Positions 1 through 12,886 of a stretch of DNA of 64,000 bases are shown piece by piece. The translations under genes were made by a program, and so were the position numbers. Below the pieces are notes generated by a model. That model saw only the letters and a list, made by a program, of their open reading frames with translations, had not been told where the DNA came from and did no database searches. This DNA is from an uncultured delta proteobacterium (GTDB lineage Bacteria > Myxococcota_A > Polyangia > Polyangiales > Polyangiaceae). The stretch's first letter is position 1, and each line of letters starts with the position of its first letter. The stretch lies in the NCBI GenBank assembly GCA_963841435.1, contig CAWJCS010000003.1:96001-160000 (forward strand), given 5' to 3'.

Positions 1-1153
1 TGAGGTCAACCTGCGCGAGGGCGTGCACGCAGTCCTTTCTCGTCGGGTCGAGCTTGCCGTCGACGGTGAGGCAACGCGTGTCGGGGGAGCGCAGCGCGAC
101 GTCGACGATGCCGGCGCCGGCACGACCGTAGCGGGCGCTGAAGTTGCCGGGGAAGAAGTCGATGCGTTCGAGCAGCTCGGTGGGGACGACGCTCGTGAGA
201 CCGCCGAAGTGGTAAATGAGCGGCACGCTCGCGCCGTCGATGAACTGCAGCGTGTCCTCGGGGGCGGAGCCGCGCACGATGAGCAGGCCGGCGAGACCCG
301 GCGGGCGCGCGACACCGGGCAGGCTCTGGATGGAGCGCAGCGCGTCGCCACCGGTGCCGGGAATGCGCTCGATCTCGCGGCGTTCGACGGTGCGACGCGT
401 GACCTCGCGCGGCGGTCGCTCCCCGCGCACGACGACCTCGACCTCGCTGGAGGACGGCGTGAGCCGCAGCGTGACGTCGGTTTCTTCGCCGACGACAACG
501 TCCTCGGTCGAATCGAGACTATCGAACCCCACGAGGCTCACCTTGACCTGGTACTTACCGGGCGGAACGCCGTCGGCGCGCCAGCGTCCCGCGGCGTCCG
601 TCGTCAGTCGCACCTCCTTCTGGTCGGGCCCCACGAGCACAACGTCGGCGCCTGCCATCGGCTGATCGGTGTCAGCGAGACGCACGAGCCCCGTCAGATT
701 GCCCGTGGTGGGCGCGGGCGGCGCGGCCTTCTCCACTTTCTGCAACGTGAATTTGTATAGGTAGCCAATCTTCACGGGGATCGGCTTGCCGTCGCGCGTT
801 GCGGGCGAGAAGACGAACTTGAGCGCTGCCGCCTGCGCCGCCTCGTCGAAACCATGCCCCGCGGGCGTGACAACGTCGGCCGCCGTGACGTGCCCCTCGC
901 GATCGACGGTGAGCGCGAGCTCGACGTTGGCCTCGAGGTCGAGCTCGAGCGCCTCCTTCGGATACGGCGCGCTGACGAACTGCAAGAGCTCCGGAGGCTT
1001 GACGACGGGCTTCGGCGAGCTCGCGGGCGCTTCCTCGCGCACGGCGCCCGTCTCCCCTCTGGGTATCGCGCTCCCGCCGTCCTGCGCGAGCGAGGGGCTC
1101 GCAACGAGCAGCGCGAGGGCCGCGCCGAGTGCACGTGTCGCGCGCGGGGCCAT
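1..1153 (-). CDS. TonB-dependent receptor, myxobacterial type (TonB C-terminal domain + carboxypeptidase-regulatory-like domain + plug); runs off the left edge
   Basis: Hand translation from ATG 1153: signal peptide MAPRATRALGAALALLVASPSLA; TonB_C-like APYPKEA...GHGFDEAAQAAALKFVFSPA; plug motifs IPGTGGDALRSIQSLPGV, IYHFGGLTSVVP, IDFFPGNFSARYG. Missing from the ORF track because no stop lies in the window. Confidence 0.9.
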   Translation of the reverse strand, partial: MAPRATRALGAALALLVASPSLAQDGGSAIPRGETGAVREEAPASSPKPVVKPPELLQFVSAPYPKEALELDLEANVELALTVDREGHVTAADVVTPAGHGFDEAAQAAALKFVFSPATRDGKPIPVKIGYLYKFTLQKVEKAAPPAPTTGNLTGLVRLADTDQPMAGADVVLVGPDQKEVRLTTDAAGRWRADGVPPGKYQVKVSLVGFDSLDSTEDVVVGEETDVTLRLTPSSSEVEVVVRGERPPREVTRRTVERREIERIPGTGGDALRSIQSLPGVARPPGLAGLLIVRGSAPEDTLQFIDGASVPLIYHFGGLTSVVPTELLERIDFFPGNFSARYGRAGAGIVDVALRSPDTRCLTVDGKLDPTRKDCVHALAQVDL

Positions 1154-1323
1154 GTGCACGCTCCCGTTTAGTGCGTACGCGCGCCATCCACAAGGGGGGG
1201 GACGGCCCGGTGCGCAGGACGGTGCCCGCCCGCGCGCCTCACGGCGCGCTCGGTGCTCTTCGGACGACGAGCCGGGGTGCTTTTCGAGCGCTCGATGTGC
1301 CGCCGCGCGGCTATCTTCCGCCC

Positions 1324-2091
1324 GTGAAGGTCGCCACCTGGAACGTGAACGGGATCCGCGCCCGCATCGACGCCGTCGCCGGCTGGCTCGAGGCCCACGA
1401 GCCCGACGTGCTCGCGATGCAAGAAACGAAAGTGGAGGACGACGAGTTCCCGTTCGAAGAGTTCACGCGCCTCGGGTACCAGGTCGCGCTGGCAGGGCAG
1501 CCGGCGTACAACGGGGTTGCCATCGTCGCGCGCGCGCCGCTCGGGGACGTCAAAGTGGGCCTCTTCGACGACGCACCCGACGCCGAGCGACGCCTGATCG
1601 CGGCGACCGTCTCCGGGGTCCGCGTGATGTCGGTCTACGTCCCGAACGGCAAGAGCGTCGAGCTGCCGAGCTTCCCCGAAAAGCTGCGTTTCCTCGAGCG
1701 ACTGCGCATGACGCTCAACGTCTCGGCGCGCCCCGACCAGAGCCTGGTCTTGTGCGGCGACTTCAACGTCGCGCGCGACGCACGCGACGTGTTCGACCCC
1801 GCAGCAATGGCGGGGCACCTGCATTTTCATCCCGAGGAGCACCGCGCGCTCGACCGCGTGCTCGGCTTCGGCCTGTTCGACGCGTACCGGGAGCTCCATG
1901 CCGAGAGCGGCCGCTACTCGTGGTGGGACTACCGTGGGGGTGATTTCCGCAACAACCGCGGACTTCGCATCGATTACCTGTTCATCACTGCGCCCCTGCG
2001 CGCCCGGCTGCTCGGCGCCGTCATCGACGCCGAGCCCCGGCGCCAACCGAAGCCCTCCGACCATGCACCGGTCGTCATCGAGCTCTCCTGA
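1324..2091 (+). CDS. xth: Exodeoxyribonuclease III
   Basis: ATWNVNGIRAR, MQETK, YVPNG, GDFN, GLRIDY, PSDHAP motifs; GTG start 1324. Confidence 0.95.
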   Translation: MKVATWNVNGIRARIDAVAGWLEAHEPDVLAMQETKVEDDEFPFEEFTRLGYQVALAGQPAYNGVAIVARAPLGDVKVGLFDDAPDAERRLIAATVSGVRVMSVYVPNGKSVELPSFPEKLRFLERLRMTLNVSARPDQSLVLCGDFNVARDARDVFDPAAMAGHLHFHPEEHRALDRVLGFGLFDAYRELHAESGRYSWWDYRGGDFRNNRGLRIDYLFITAPLRARLLGAVIDAEPRRQPKPSDHAPVVIELS

Positions 2092-2161
2092 GGGGACCCG
2101 TCCACCGCCTGCGACGAAACGGGCGACGTGAGCGGGGCGTCAACCTAGAATCTGCTGCGCC

Positions 2162-3094
2162 ATGGGCACCGAGACTCAAGAGCTCGTCGTCTTCCAGGCG
2201 GTGGTCAAGCACGCAAGCTACGCGAAGGCCGCCGACGAGCTCGGCCTCAGCCCGTCGGGTGTGAGCCGCATCGTCACGCGCCTCGAAGAGCGACTCGGAG
2301 TCCGGCTCGTGCAAAGGACGACGCGCAAACTGTCGCTCACCGAGGCAGGCACGACGTTTCACGGTCGCATCAGCCAAATCCTGCTCGACCTCGCGGATGC
2401 CGAGGCCGAAGTGCAAAAGACGTTGCGGAGCCCGCGCGGGACCGTCCGGATCAGCGCGTCCGTCGTGTTCGGCCACCTGTACGCCGCGCCGCTACTCGGC
2501 GAGCTCTTGGCCAGGTTTCCCGAGCTCGGCGTCGAGCTGATTCTCACGAACCGCTTCGTCGATCTCATCGAGGAAGGCATGGACCTCGCGATCCGCATCG
2601 GGTCGCTGACGGACTCGCGGCTCATCGCGCGGCGGCTTTGCACCAACAAGCGCGTGCTCGTTGCCTCACCGCGCTACCTCGAGCAACGCGGCGTGCCGAA
2701 AAGCCCAGCCGACCTCAAGGATCACGAGTGCGTGCTCTTCACCGGTTTCGCAAAGTCCCGCGAATGGCGGCTGAACGGACCGGACGGCCCCGTGACGGCC
2801 GCGGTCTCGGGCCGGCTCGCGACCAACAACATCGAGGTGCTCACGTCGGCCGCGAAGCAGGGTTTCGGCATCACGGTGGGGGCGACGCTCTCGGTCGGTC
2901 CTGCCCTGATTTCCGGCGAGCTCGTGCGCGTGCTCAGCGACTACGAGTTCGAGCCCACGGCGGTGTTCGCCGTGTATCCGTCGGCGCGACAGCTCTCGAG
3001 CAAGGTGCGCGCGACCGTCGATTACCTCGTCGAGAAGCTCGAGGATCCTCCGAGCTGGGATCGCGCGCTCGCAGGGCGCGTCCCAGGCTTCTGA
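2162..3094 (+). CDS. LysR-family transcriptional regulator (CrgA-like)
   Basis: N-terminal HTH (SYAKAADELGLSPSGVSRIVTRLEERLGVRLVQRTTRKLSLTEAG) and substrate-binding domain (DLIEEGMDLAIRIG). Confidence 0.95.
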   Translation: MGTETQELVVFQAVVKHASYAKAADELGLSPSGVSRIVTRLEERLGVRLVQRTTRKLSLTEAGTTFHGRISQILLDLADAEAEVQKTLRSPRGTVRISASVVFGHLYAAPLLGELLARFPELGVELILTNRFVDLIEEGMDLAIRIGSLTDSRLIARRLCTNKRVLVASPRYLEQRGVPKSPADLKDHECVLFTGFAKSREWRLNGPDGPVTAAVSGRLATNNIEVLTSAAKQGFGITVGATLSVGPALISGELVRVLSDYEFEPTAVFAVYPSARQLSSKVRATVDYLVEKLEDPPSWDRALAGRVPGF

Positions 3095-3140
3095 CGGCGG
3101 CGGCACGTTCGCGCGGGCCGACCACGTCGCCGAGCACGAG

Positions 3141-4236
3141 CTACGGAAGGCCGACCCCTTTCGAACATGCGCGCCGCGCGCAAATCGACACGCCCGCGCT
3201 CGAGCCACGCCTCGAGCTTCGGCTGCTCCGCGAGCGCCCTTGCGACTTCGAGGTACGCCGGCAGGTAGACGATTTCGCGCGCCAACCCTCCGCCGCGATG
3301 CACGCGGATCGCGATGTCGACCGCCTGTTCGAGCGGCGCGCCGAGCTCCACGAGGCGCCGCGCCGTTTCCTCGGGCAAAGCGCCGTCGCGCGCGGCGAGG
3401 GCCGCACGGTGGCGGAGGGCGAGCTCACGCGCGCGCTCGGCGTCGAGCAAACCGAGTCGCGCCTCGACGAGCAGCGCCCGCCCTTCCTCGTGCTCGGCCG
3501 CCCCCGCGGTGCCGGCGCGGAACACCGGTGACGACGCGTGCAGCGCGCGAGCGCGGGGCAGCGCGTGGCCGTGGAGCTCGTGTGCCGCAATGCGCTCCGA
3601 CGCCGCGGCCGACAAGCGCACGCGGGGCCGAACCGCAACGAGGCCCTCGCCGGTCGCCGCGACGGCGAGCTGCTCCGGCCGGACCTCGATGCGCAGCCTG
3701 AGCCCGAGCTCGAGCGAGCGCCGGCGCAAGAGCGAGCACAGACTCTTCGGGTCACCGAGATCGTCGGTGGTGTGCTCGCGCGCCGCGACGGGCGCCGGGT
3801 CGGCGAGCGCACGGTCGACCAGGGCGAGCACGTCGTGCGCGAGCCGTCCGCCCGGCGCGGGAAAGCGACGCGCCGCGAGCGCGCGAGCGTCGCTCGTGAA
3901 CAGCGCTTCGGAGAGGGCCGCCTCGAGCTCGAGCTCCCTCGCGCGCTCCGCGACCAATGTCGCAACCGGGTCCCGGCCGGAAAGCTCGCCCGCGAGGCGC
4001 TCGAGCGCACGACGCAAGGCGGAAAGATCCAAGCGCGGCACCTGCCTCTGGGAAGGACGCGCGCGCTCGCGCCGCTGAACGGCCTTGGCGAGGCTCGCCC
4101 GCTCGAGAGCCGGATCCTTCGGTGTGGCTCTCGGAAACAGCGAGATCCGGTGCTCGGCTCGGCGCAGCGTGTCGCACGCCGCCGCGAGTGCGAGCTGGGA
4201 GCCTTCGAGGGGCTGGGAGGACGGATGGTGCGCCAC
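3141..4236 (-). CDS. DUF1704-type HExxxH metallopeptidase (tyrosine/phenylalanine carboxypeptidase-like); probable +1 indel near 3160
   Basis: AHELHGH ... EEGRA ... RVHRGGGLAREIVYL motifs. As sequenced the frame runs to 3022 and overlaps lysR; removing one base at about 3160 gives a clean end RMFEGVGLP* at 3141. GTG start at 4236 is inferred. Confidence 0.7.
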
Positions 4237-4291
4237 CGGGGGAGCGAGGATAGCGGCTTGCGGCCCGATTGGAGGCCTGTATCTTGCCCGG

Positions 4292-7954
<3,663 letters not shown>

Positions 7955-8019
7955 AACCGTGCGCCGCCGGATCGGTTTATGACCGACGAGCGCGCCGGTA
8001 CGCTACGTTAACTGTTGTC

Positions 8020-9388
8020 GTGGTGCGTGAGTCTGGTTCGGCCGAGCGCTCCTGGGCGCGGGTGGCTCTGCTGCTCGGGGTCCTCGGCTGGGCGTCGTGC
8101 TCCGTGTACGACGTGAGCCTACTCAACAGTGCGAGCGCGGGGACGGCCGGCACCACCGCAACCGGCGGCTCCGGCGACGGCGGCAGCGGCGGCTCGAGGC
8201 GGGTCGAGCGGCGGCAGCGGTGGGAGCGAAGCAGGAGGCGGCGGCTCGAGCGGGTCCGGCGGCTCGACGGGCGGCTCGAGCAGCGGCAGCGGCGGCTCGA
8301 CGGGCGGGTCGAGCAGCGGCAGCGGCGGCTCGAGCGGGTCCGGCGGCTCGACGGGCGGCTCGTCGTCCGGCGGATTGGCCGGTTCGTCGGGCAAGGGCGG
8401 CACCGGCGGCGCGGCCGCGGGCAGCGGCGGCGCGAGCGGCACGAGTGGGATCGCGGGCGAGGCTGGCGCGCCCGATTGCATGACGACGGGCGACTGTTGC
8501 CCGATGGACGACCAGAAGACCGACCCTGGTCAATGCGGGTGCGGCATGCCCGACACCGACACGGATTCGGACGGCACAGCGGACTGCCTCGACGAGTGCC
8601 CCGACGACGACCAGAAGATCGCGGCCGGTGCGTGCGGCTGCGGCGTCGCGGGCGACGATGCCGACTGTCAGGAGCTGGCGGACGCCCTGGTTCATCGATA
8701 CCAGTTCAGCGGCACGGGCACGGCCGTCACGGATTCGAAAGGCACGGCAAACGGCACGGCGCGCGGGACCGGCGCGAGCCTGAGCGGCGGCAAGCTCAAG
8801 CTCGCGGGCGGCGTGGCCCCGGCAAACGACACGAACAAGCAATACGTCGAGCTTCCCACCAACTGCCTCGCCGGGCTCGACGACGCGACGTTCGAGACCT
8901 GGCTCAACTGGTTGACCACCTGTAGCCCCACGCCCTGCACCGATTCGCTGAACTGGCAACGCATCTTCGATTTCGGCGAGACCTCGACGACCACCACCGG
9001 CTCGTACCTCTTTCTCACGACCCGAACGAGCACGACGGGCTTCCTGCGTGGCGCGTCGAGCACGATGGGCGCGAGCAACGAGGTCGGCACGGGCTTCGTC
9101 GTCGACGGAGGCGCGTTGACGGCCGGTAGCCACCAGTTCGTCCTCGTCGTGGACCACACGGGCGGCGAGGCGCTCCTCTACATGGACGGCGCGGTCGTCA
9201 ACAACGGTACCTACGCCGGCTCGCTCTCCGCGGTCGTCGCGACGAACTGCTGGCTCGGTCGCTCGCAGTACGCCTCCGATCCGTACCTCAACGGCACCTT
9301 CGACGAGTTTCGCATCTACGACGCCGCGCTCGGCGCGAGCGCCATCGCGCAAAGCTTTGCCTCGGGCCCCGACGCGACGTTCTTCTAG
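8020..9388 (+). CDS. Lipoprotein with Gly/Ser linker, Cys/Asp-rich (TSP3-like) segment and C-terminal LamG/ConA-like jelly-roll; frameshift at about 8197
   Basis: Lipobox VALLLGVLGWASC is in one frame and the rest is in ORF 8129..9388. At about 8197 the repeat unit ggctcgaCGggcgggtcg lacks CG. CGCG..DTDTDSDGTADCLDECP; WQRIFDFG; WLGRSQYASDPYLNGTFDEFRIY. Confidence 0.8.
8160..8450 (+). repeat. Coding tandem repeats encoding GGS(T/S)GGSSSGS-type low-complexity linker
   Basis: Repeated ggcggctcgacgggcggctcgagcagcggcagc-like units. Confidence 0.8.
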
Positions 9389-9442
9389 CGTGCCGAGTCG
9401 CGGACCGAGCGCACCAGGCCGACGACCGCGTGCCGACGCAGC

Positions 9443-9676
9443 TCAGCACGTAGGCCGGCTCAGCACATTCTCGAGCCGCACGCCCAACGAAAAGACCGCC
9501 TCGACATCAGCCGCTGAGCACGCGCCCAGGGCGCCAGCGATCTCGACGGCGGCGCAAGCCTCACAGCCTTCCGCCAGCGCAACGGCGTGAGCCCGACCCT
9601 TCTCCGCGAGCGTCTGCCGCGACCCGCCCCGCCCCCGAACAGTCGCTCCCGGCTCCCGCTCCCGCTCGCAGCACTG
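9443..9676 (-). pseudogene. Probable relic of a four-helix-bundle protein (23S rRNA IVS protein-like), C-terminal half
   Basis: Hand translation: GGSRQTLAEKGRAHAVALAEGCEACAAVEIAGALGACSAADVEAVFSLGVRLENVLSRPTC*. No plausible start codon for the fragment; begins with a (GAGCGG)n microrepeat. Confidence 0.4.
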
Positions 9677-12661
9677 CTACGGCAGCGCAACATCCACGGA
9701 GGTGCCGTCGTAGGGGACGGTCTTGTCGGCAGTCGGCGCGAAGGAAAAGCCGACGGCCTTACCGCTCTTGACCAGAACGACCTCGAAGGTGCGGCTCTGC
9801 AGCATGCCCGTGAACGTACCCTCGCGCGCGCCGATCGTGAGGGTGCTCGTGGCATCGTTCCAGGTGAGCGGGATGCGAGTGTAGGCGCCGGTTTCGTAGC
9901 CGTAGCTCGTCCCGTCGTCCTCGTAGAGCTCGAAGCTGCCGTCCGCACCGGCGTAAACGAAGAGCGTCAGCGGATCGGCGGGCTTCTCGGACACGTACAT
10001 GAGCTCGGGGCCGAAGGGGACGATGGACCCCGCGCGCACGTGCACGGGGATGGCGTCGAGCGGTGCCGAAACCATCTGCGCCCCGCCGCCCGCGACGGCG
10101 GAGCCGCTCCAGAAATCGTACCAGCCGCCCGCGGTCGGCGGCAGGTACACCGAGCGGCTCGTGGCCTGGTACGCCGTGACGGGGCTCACGAGCAGCGCCG
10201 GCCCGAACATGAACTCGTCCTTCACGTCGAGCGAACCGGGGTCGGTGCGAAAATCCATGACGAGCGGCCTGAGCATCGTGCCGTCGCGCAGCGTGACGGC
10301 GCCCGCGAGCGAGTACACGTACGGCAGCATCCGGTAGCGCAGCCGGTCGAACTTGAGCATCGCCAGGTACGCGCTGCTCGACTCGCCGCCGAACTGCCAC
10401 ATCTCGCGCACGGGTGCCTGACCGTGGACGCGAAGCAGCGGCAAGAAGGTGGCGTACTCGAACCAGCGAGTGTTGAGCTCACGCCACTCGGCCGCGTTCT
10501 GTCCGTTCGAGAACTGGGGCGGCACGGCGAAGCCACCGGCGTCGACCGTCCAGTACGGAATGCCCGAGAGCGAGAAGCCGAGCCCGCCGGGGATCTGCCT
10601 CTTGAACGCCGACCAGGTGGAGCTGATGTCACCGGACCAGGTGGCCGAGGCGTAGCGCTGCTGCCCTGCGAAGGCCGAGCGCGTGAGGATGAACACGCGC
10701 TGGTCGGGTGCGGCGGCGCGCTGGCCTTCGTAGATGCCCTGGCTGTTGACGAGCGAGTAGGCGTTGAGCATGCGGGAGCCCGAGCCGAGCGCCGTCGGGT
10801 GCATGTGCGTCTGGTAGAGCATGCGCCCTTCCGCGAGGCTCGTGTACGGACCTTCGACGACCTCGGGCTCGGTGGCGTCGAGCCACCACGCGTTGACGCC
10901 GAGGCTGAACAGGCGCTGGTTGATCTGCTCCCAGTACATGGCGCGCGCACCCGCGTCGAACGCGTCGTAGAACGCGAAGGGCTGGTCGAGAAAATCGAGC
11001 ACGCCCTGCTCGTAGGGGTACATGAAGCCCGCCTGCTGGAGGCTCTGGTAGTTCGTGGTGTTCGTGTAGAACTTCGGCCAGACCGACAGCATGAATTTGA
11101 CGTGCATGTCGTCATGCAGTGTCTTGATCATCCCGGCGGGGTCGGGGAAGCGCGAGGTGTCGAACTGGTGCGAGCCCCATTGACCGTCGGGCCAGTACTG
11201 CCAATCCTGCACGATCGTATCGAGCGGGATGTTGCGCGTGCGGTACCCGTCGACCGCCGCCGTGATGTCCGCGGCCGACGTGTAGTGCTCCCTGCTCTGG
11301 AACAGCCCGAACGTCCACTTGGGCATCAGCGTCGCCTGCCCGGAAACGTGCCGGTAGCCCGCCATCACGCGATCGAGGTCCGGCCCGTACATGAAGTAGT
11401 AGTCGATGCCGTCGCCGACCTCCGACCAGAGCGAGGTCGCCGACGGTGACGCGAGCGGAGGCTTCCAGGAGAAGCCGAGCGTGTTGACGCCGATGTCCGC
11501 CGTCCACTCGAGCCGCACGCTGACGGCCTGCCCCGCCGTCAGCGGCACGCGCGCTATGTCGTCGTCGGGCAGCCAGCCTTGGCGCCAGTGGTCGATCACG
11601 ACGGTGCCGCCCACCGTGAGCTTCACGTTGCCCGACGCGAACACCTTGAACAGGTAGTCGCCCGTCACGTTCGGCGTGACCTGTTGCGTGGCGTTGACGC
11701 TGCCGGTCGTCGTGCCGTTGACGTTGTCGGAGGAGTCGTAGGAAAAGCCGGGCACGCGCTCGTAGCTTCTGAGATCGCCGAAACGCGTGTACGACGTGTT
11801 GTCCCAGAGCACGCCGTAGCCGCGGCTCGAAACGAGCGTCGGGACGACGGCGTTGGTGTTGTACTGGGAAAGCTCGAGGTCGTAGCCTTTGATGTCGAGC
11901 GCCCCGAGCTGGTAGTTGCCGAGACCGTAGAGCGCCTCGCCTTCGTTTTGCTCCCACTCCTGGCGCACGTGATAGGTGCTGTCGCCCTGCACGGTCGCGC
12001 TTTCGAGCGTGCGGCCGCTCCCCAGCTTTTCGGCGACGATGAGATTGCCCTGGCGGTCGTAAAACGAAATGCGACCCGTCGCGTCGTCGACGCGCAACTC
12101 GACGCGCGTCGTCCTCAGCGTGGTCGTCGTACCGTCGGAGACGACCTCCCAGGGCGTCATCGGGTTGCAGCTTCGCGCGCCCGCCACCAGGCTCTTTCGC
12201 GCGAAGAACGCGGGGTCCTTCGCGAACGCGACGCGAATCACGTCCTCGAGGCACACCTCGAGCTGGAGCGTCCCGTCGCCGACCGTGATGGGCGGCACGT
12301 CGCCCATCATCGCCATGCCGCCTAGACCGGCGTCGGCGCCACTCCCCGCGTCGCCCCCCATGCCGCCCGGTGCTCCTCCGAGGCCCGCGCCTGCGCCCGT
12401 TCCGGCGCTGCCGGCCGCCAGCCCGCCGGCACCGGCGCCGTCACTGCCCGCGCTGGCGCCGCCGCTCGCCGACTGACCACCCGTTGCGCCCGACGCGCCC
12501 GACCCGCCCGAACCGCCCGACGCGCCGCCCGATGACATGCCGGCGCTCGCGCCGGTCGCTCCGCCGGCGCCGGGCGTCGTGTTCCCGCCGTTCTTGTTTC
12601 CGCATGCCACCGCGAACAAAGCGGCGGCGACCATCTGAGCAGCAAAGCAAATTCTGGACAC
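9677..12661 (-). CDS. GH31 glycoside hydrolase (alpha-xylosidase-like) lipoprotein with PA14-like insert and DUF5110-type C-terminus
   Basis: Lipobox LFAVAC, Gly-rich linker, WWLDATEP (nucleophile), WSGDI, LLRVHG, LYEDDG. Start chosen at GTG 12661 (alternatives 12670, 12634). Confidence 0.9.
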   Translation of the reverse strand: MSRICFAAQMVAAALFAVACGNKNGGNTTPGAGGATGASAGMSSGGASGGSGGSGASGATGGQSASGGASAGSDGAGAGGLAAGSAGTGAGAGLGGAPGGMGGDAGSGADAGLGGMAMMGDVPPITVGDGTLQLEVCLEDVIRVAFAKDPAFFARKSLVAGARSCNPMTPWEVVSDGTTTTLRTTRVELRVDDATGRISFYDRQGNLIVAEKLGSGRTLESATVQGDSTYHVRQEWEQNEGEALYGLGNYQLGALDIKGYDLELSQYNTNAVVPTLVSSRGYGVLWDNTSYTRFGDLRSYERVPGFSYDSSDNVNGTTTGSVNATQQVTPNVTGDYLFKVFASGNVKLTVGGTVVIDHWRQGWLPDDDIARVPLTAGQAVSVRLEWTADIGVNTLGFSWKPPLASPSATSLWSEVGDGIDYYFMYGPDLDRVMAGYRHVSGQATLMPKWTFGLFQSREHYTSAADITAAVDGYRTRNIPLDTIVQDWQYWPDGQWGSHQFDTSRFPDPAGMIKTLHDDMHVKFMLSVWPKFYTNTTNYQSLQQAGFMYPYEQGVLDFLDQPFAFYDAFDAGARAMYWEQINQRLFSLGVNAWWLDATEPEVVEGPYTSLAEGRMLYQTHMHPTALGSGSRMLNAYSLVNSQGIYEGQRAAAPDQRVFILTRSAFAGQQRYASATWSGDISSTWSAFKRQIPGGLGFSLSGIPYWTVDAGGFAVPPQFSNGQNAAEWRELNTRWFEYATFLPLLRVHGQAPVREMWQFGGESSSAYLAMLKFDRLRYRMLPYVYSLAGAVTLRDGTMLRPLVMDFRTDPGSLDVKDEFMFGPALLVSPVTAYQATSRSVYLPPTAGGWYDFWSGSAVAGGGAQMVSAPLDAIPVHVRAGSIVPFGPELMYVSEKPADPLTLFVYAGADGSFELYEDDGTSYGYETGAYTRIPLTWNDATSTLTIGAREGTFTGMLQSRTFEVVLVKSGKAVGFSFAPTADKTVPYDGTSVDVALP

Positions 12662-12886
12662 GCGAAGCACGATATTTAGGACGTTCGAACGCGGCGAGAG
12701 CGAGCACCTGAAAGCAGTAATGCATTGCCACCGATTCACGGCGGCCGCGGCGTTTCCTGCGCTCCTTGCGATTTTCGCGTGTGAGCAGAAGCCGAGCGCG
12801 CCCTATTGGCGCGGCCAAGCCCCGTCTGTCACTGGGCCGCGGTCCGGGGCGCTCGAGCGGGGTCGCCCGCCCTTGCGGCCCGCGGT

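Noticed and set aside
4273-4288. sigma54-like AGGCCTG-TATC-TTGCC before the kinase
   Set aside because: The predicted TSS would fall after ATG 4292; the TATCTT -10 reading fits better.
8160-8450. Repeats as a CRISPR-like or non-coding array
   Set aside because: They are in-frame Gly/Ser linker codons without unique spacers.
9443-9676. Avd of a diversity-generating retroelement
   Set aside because: No reverse transcriptase or TR/VR pair was seen in the window.
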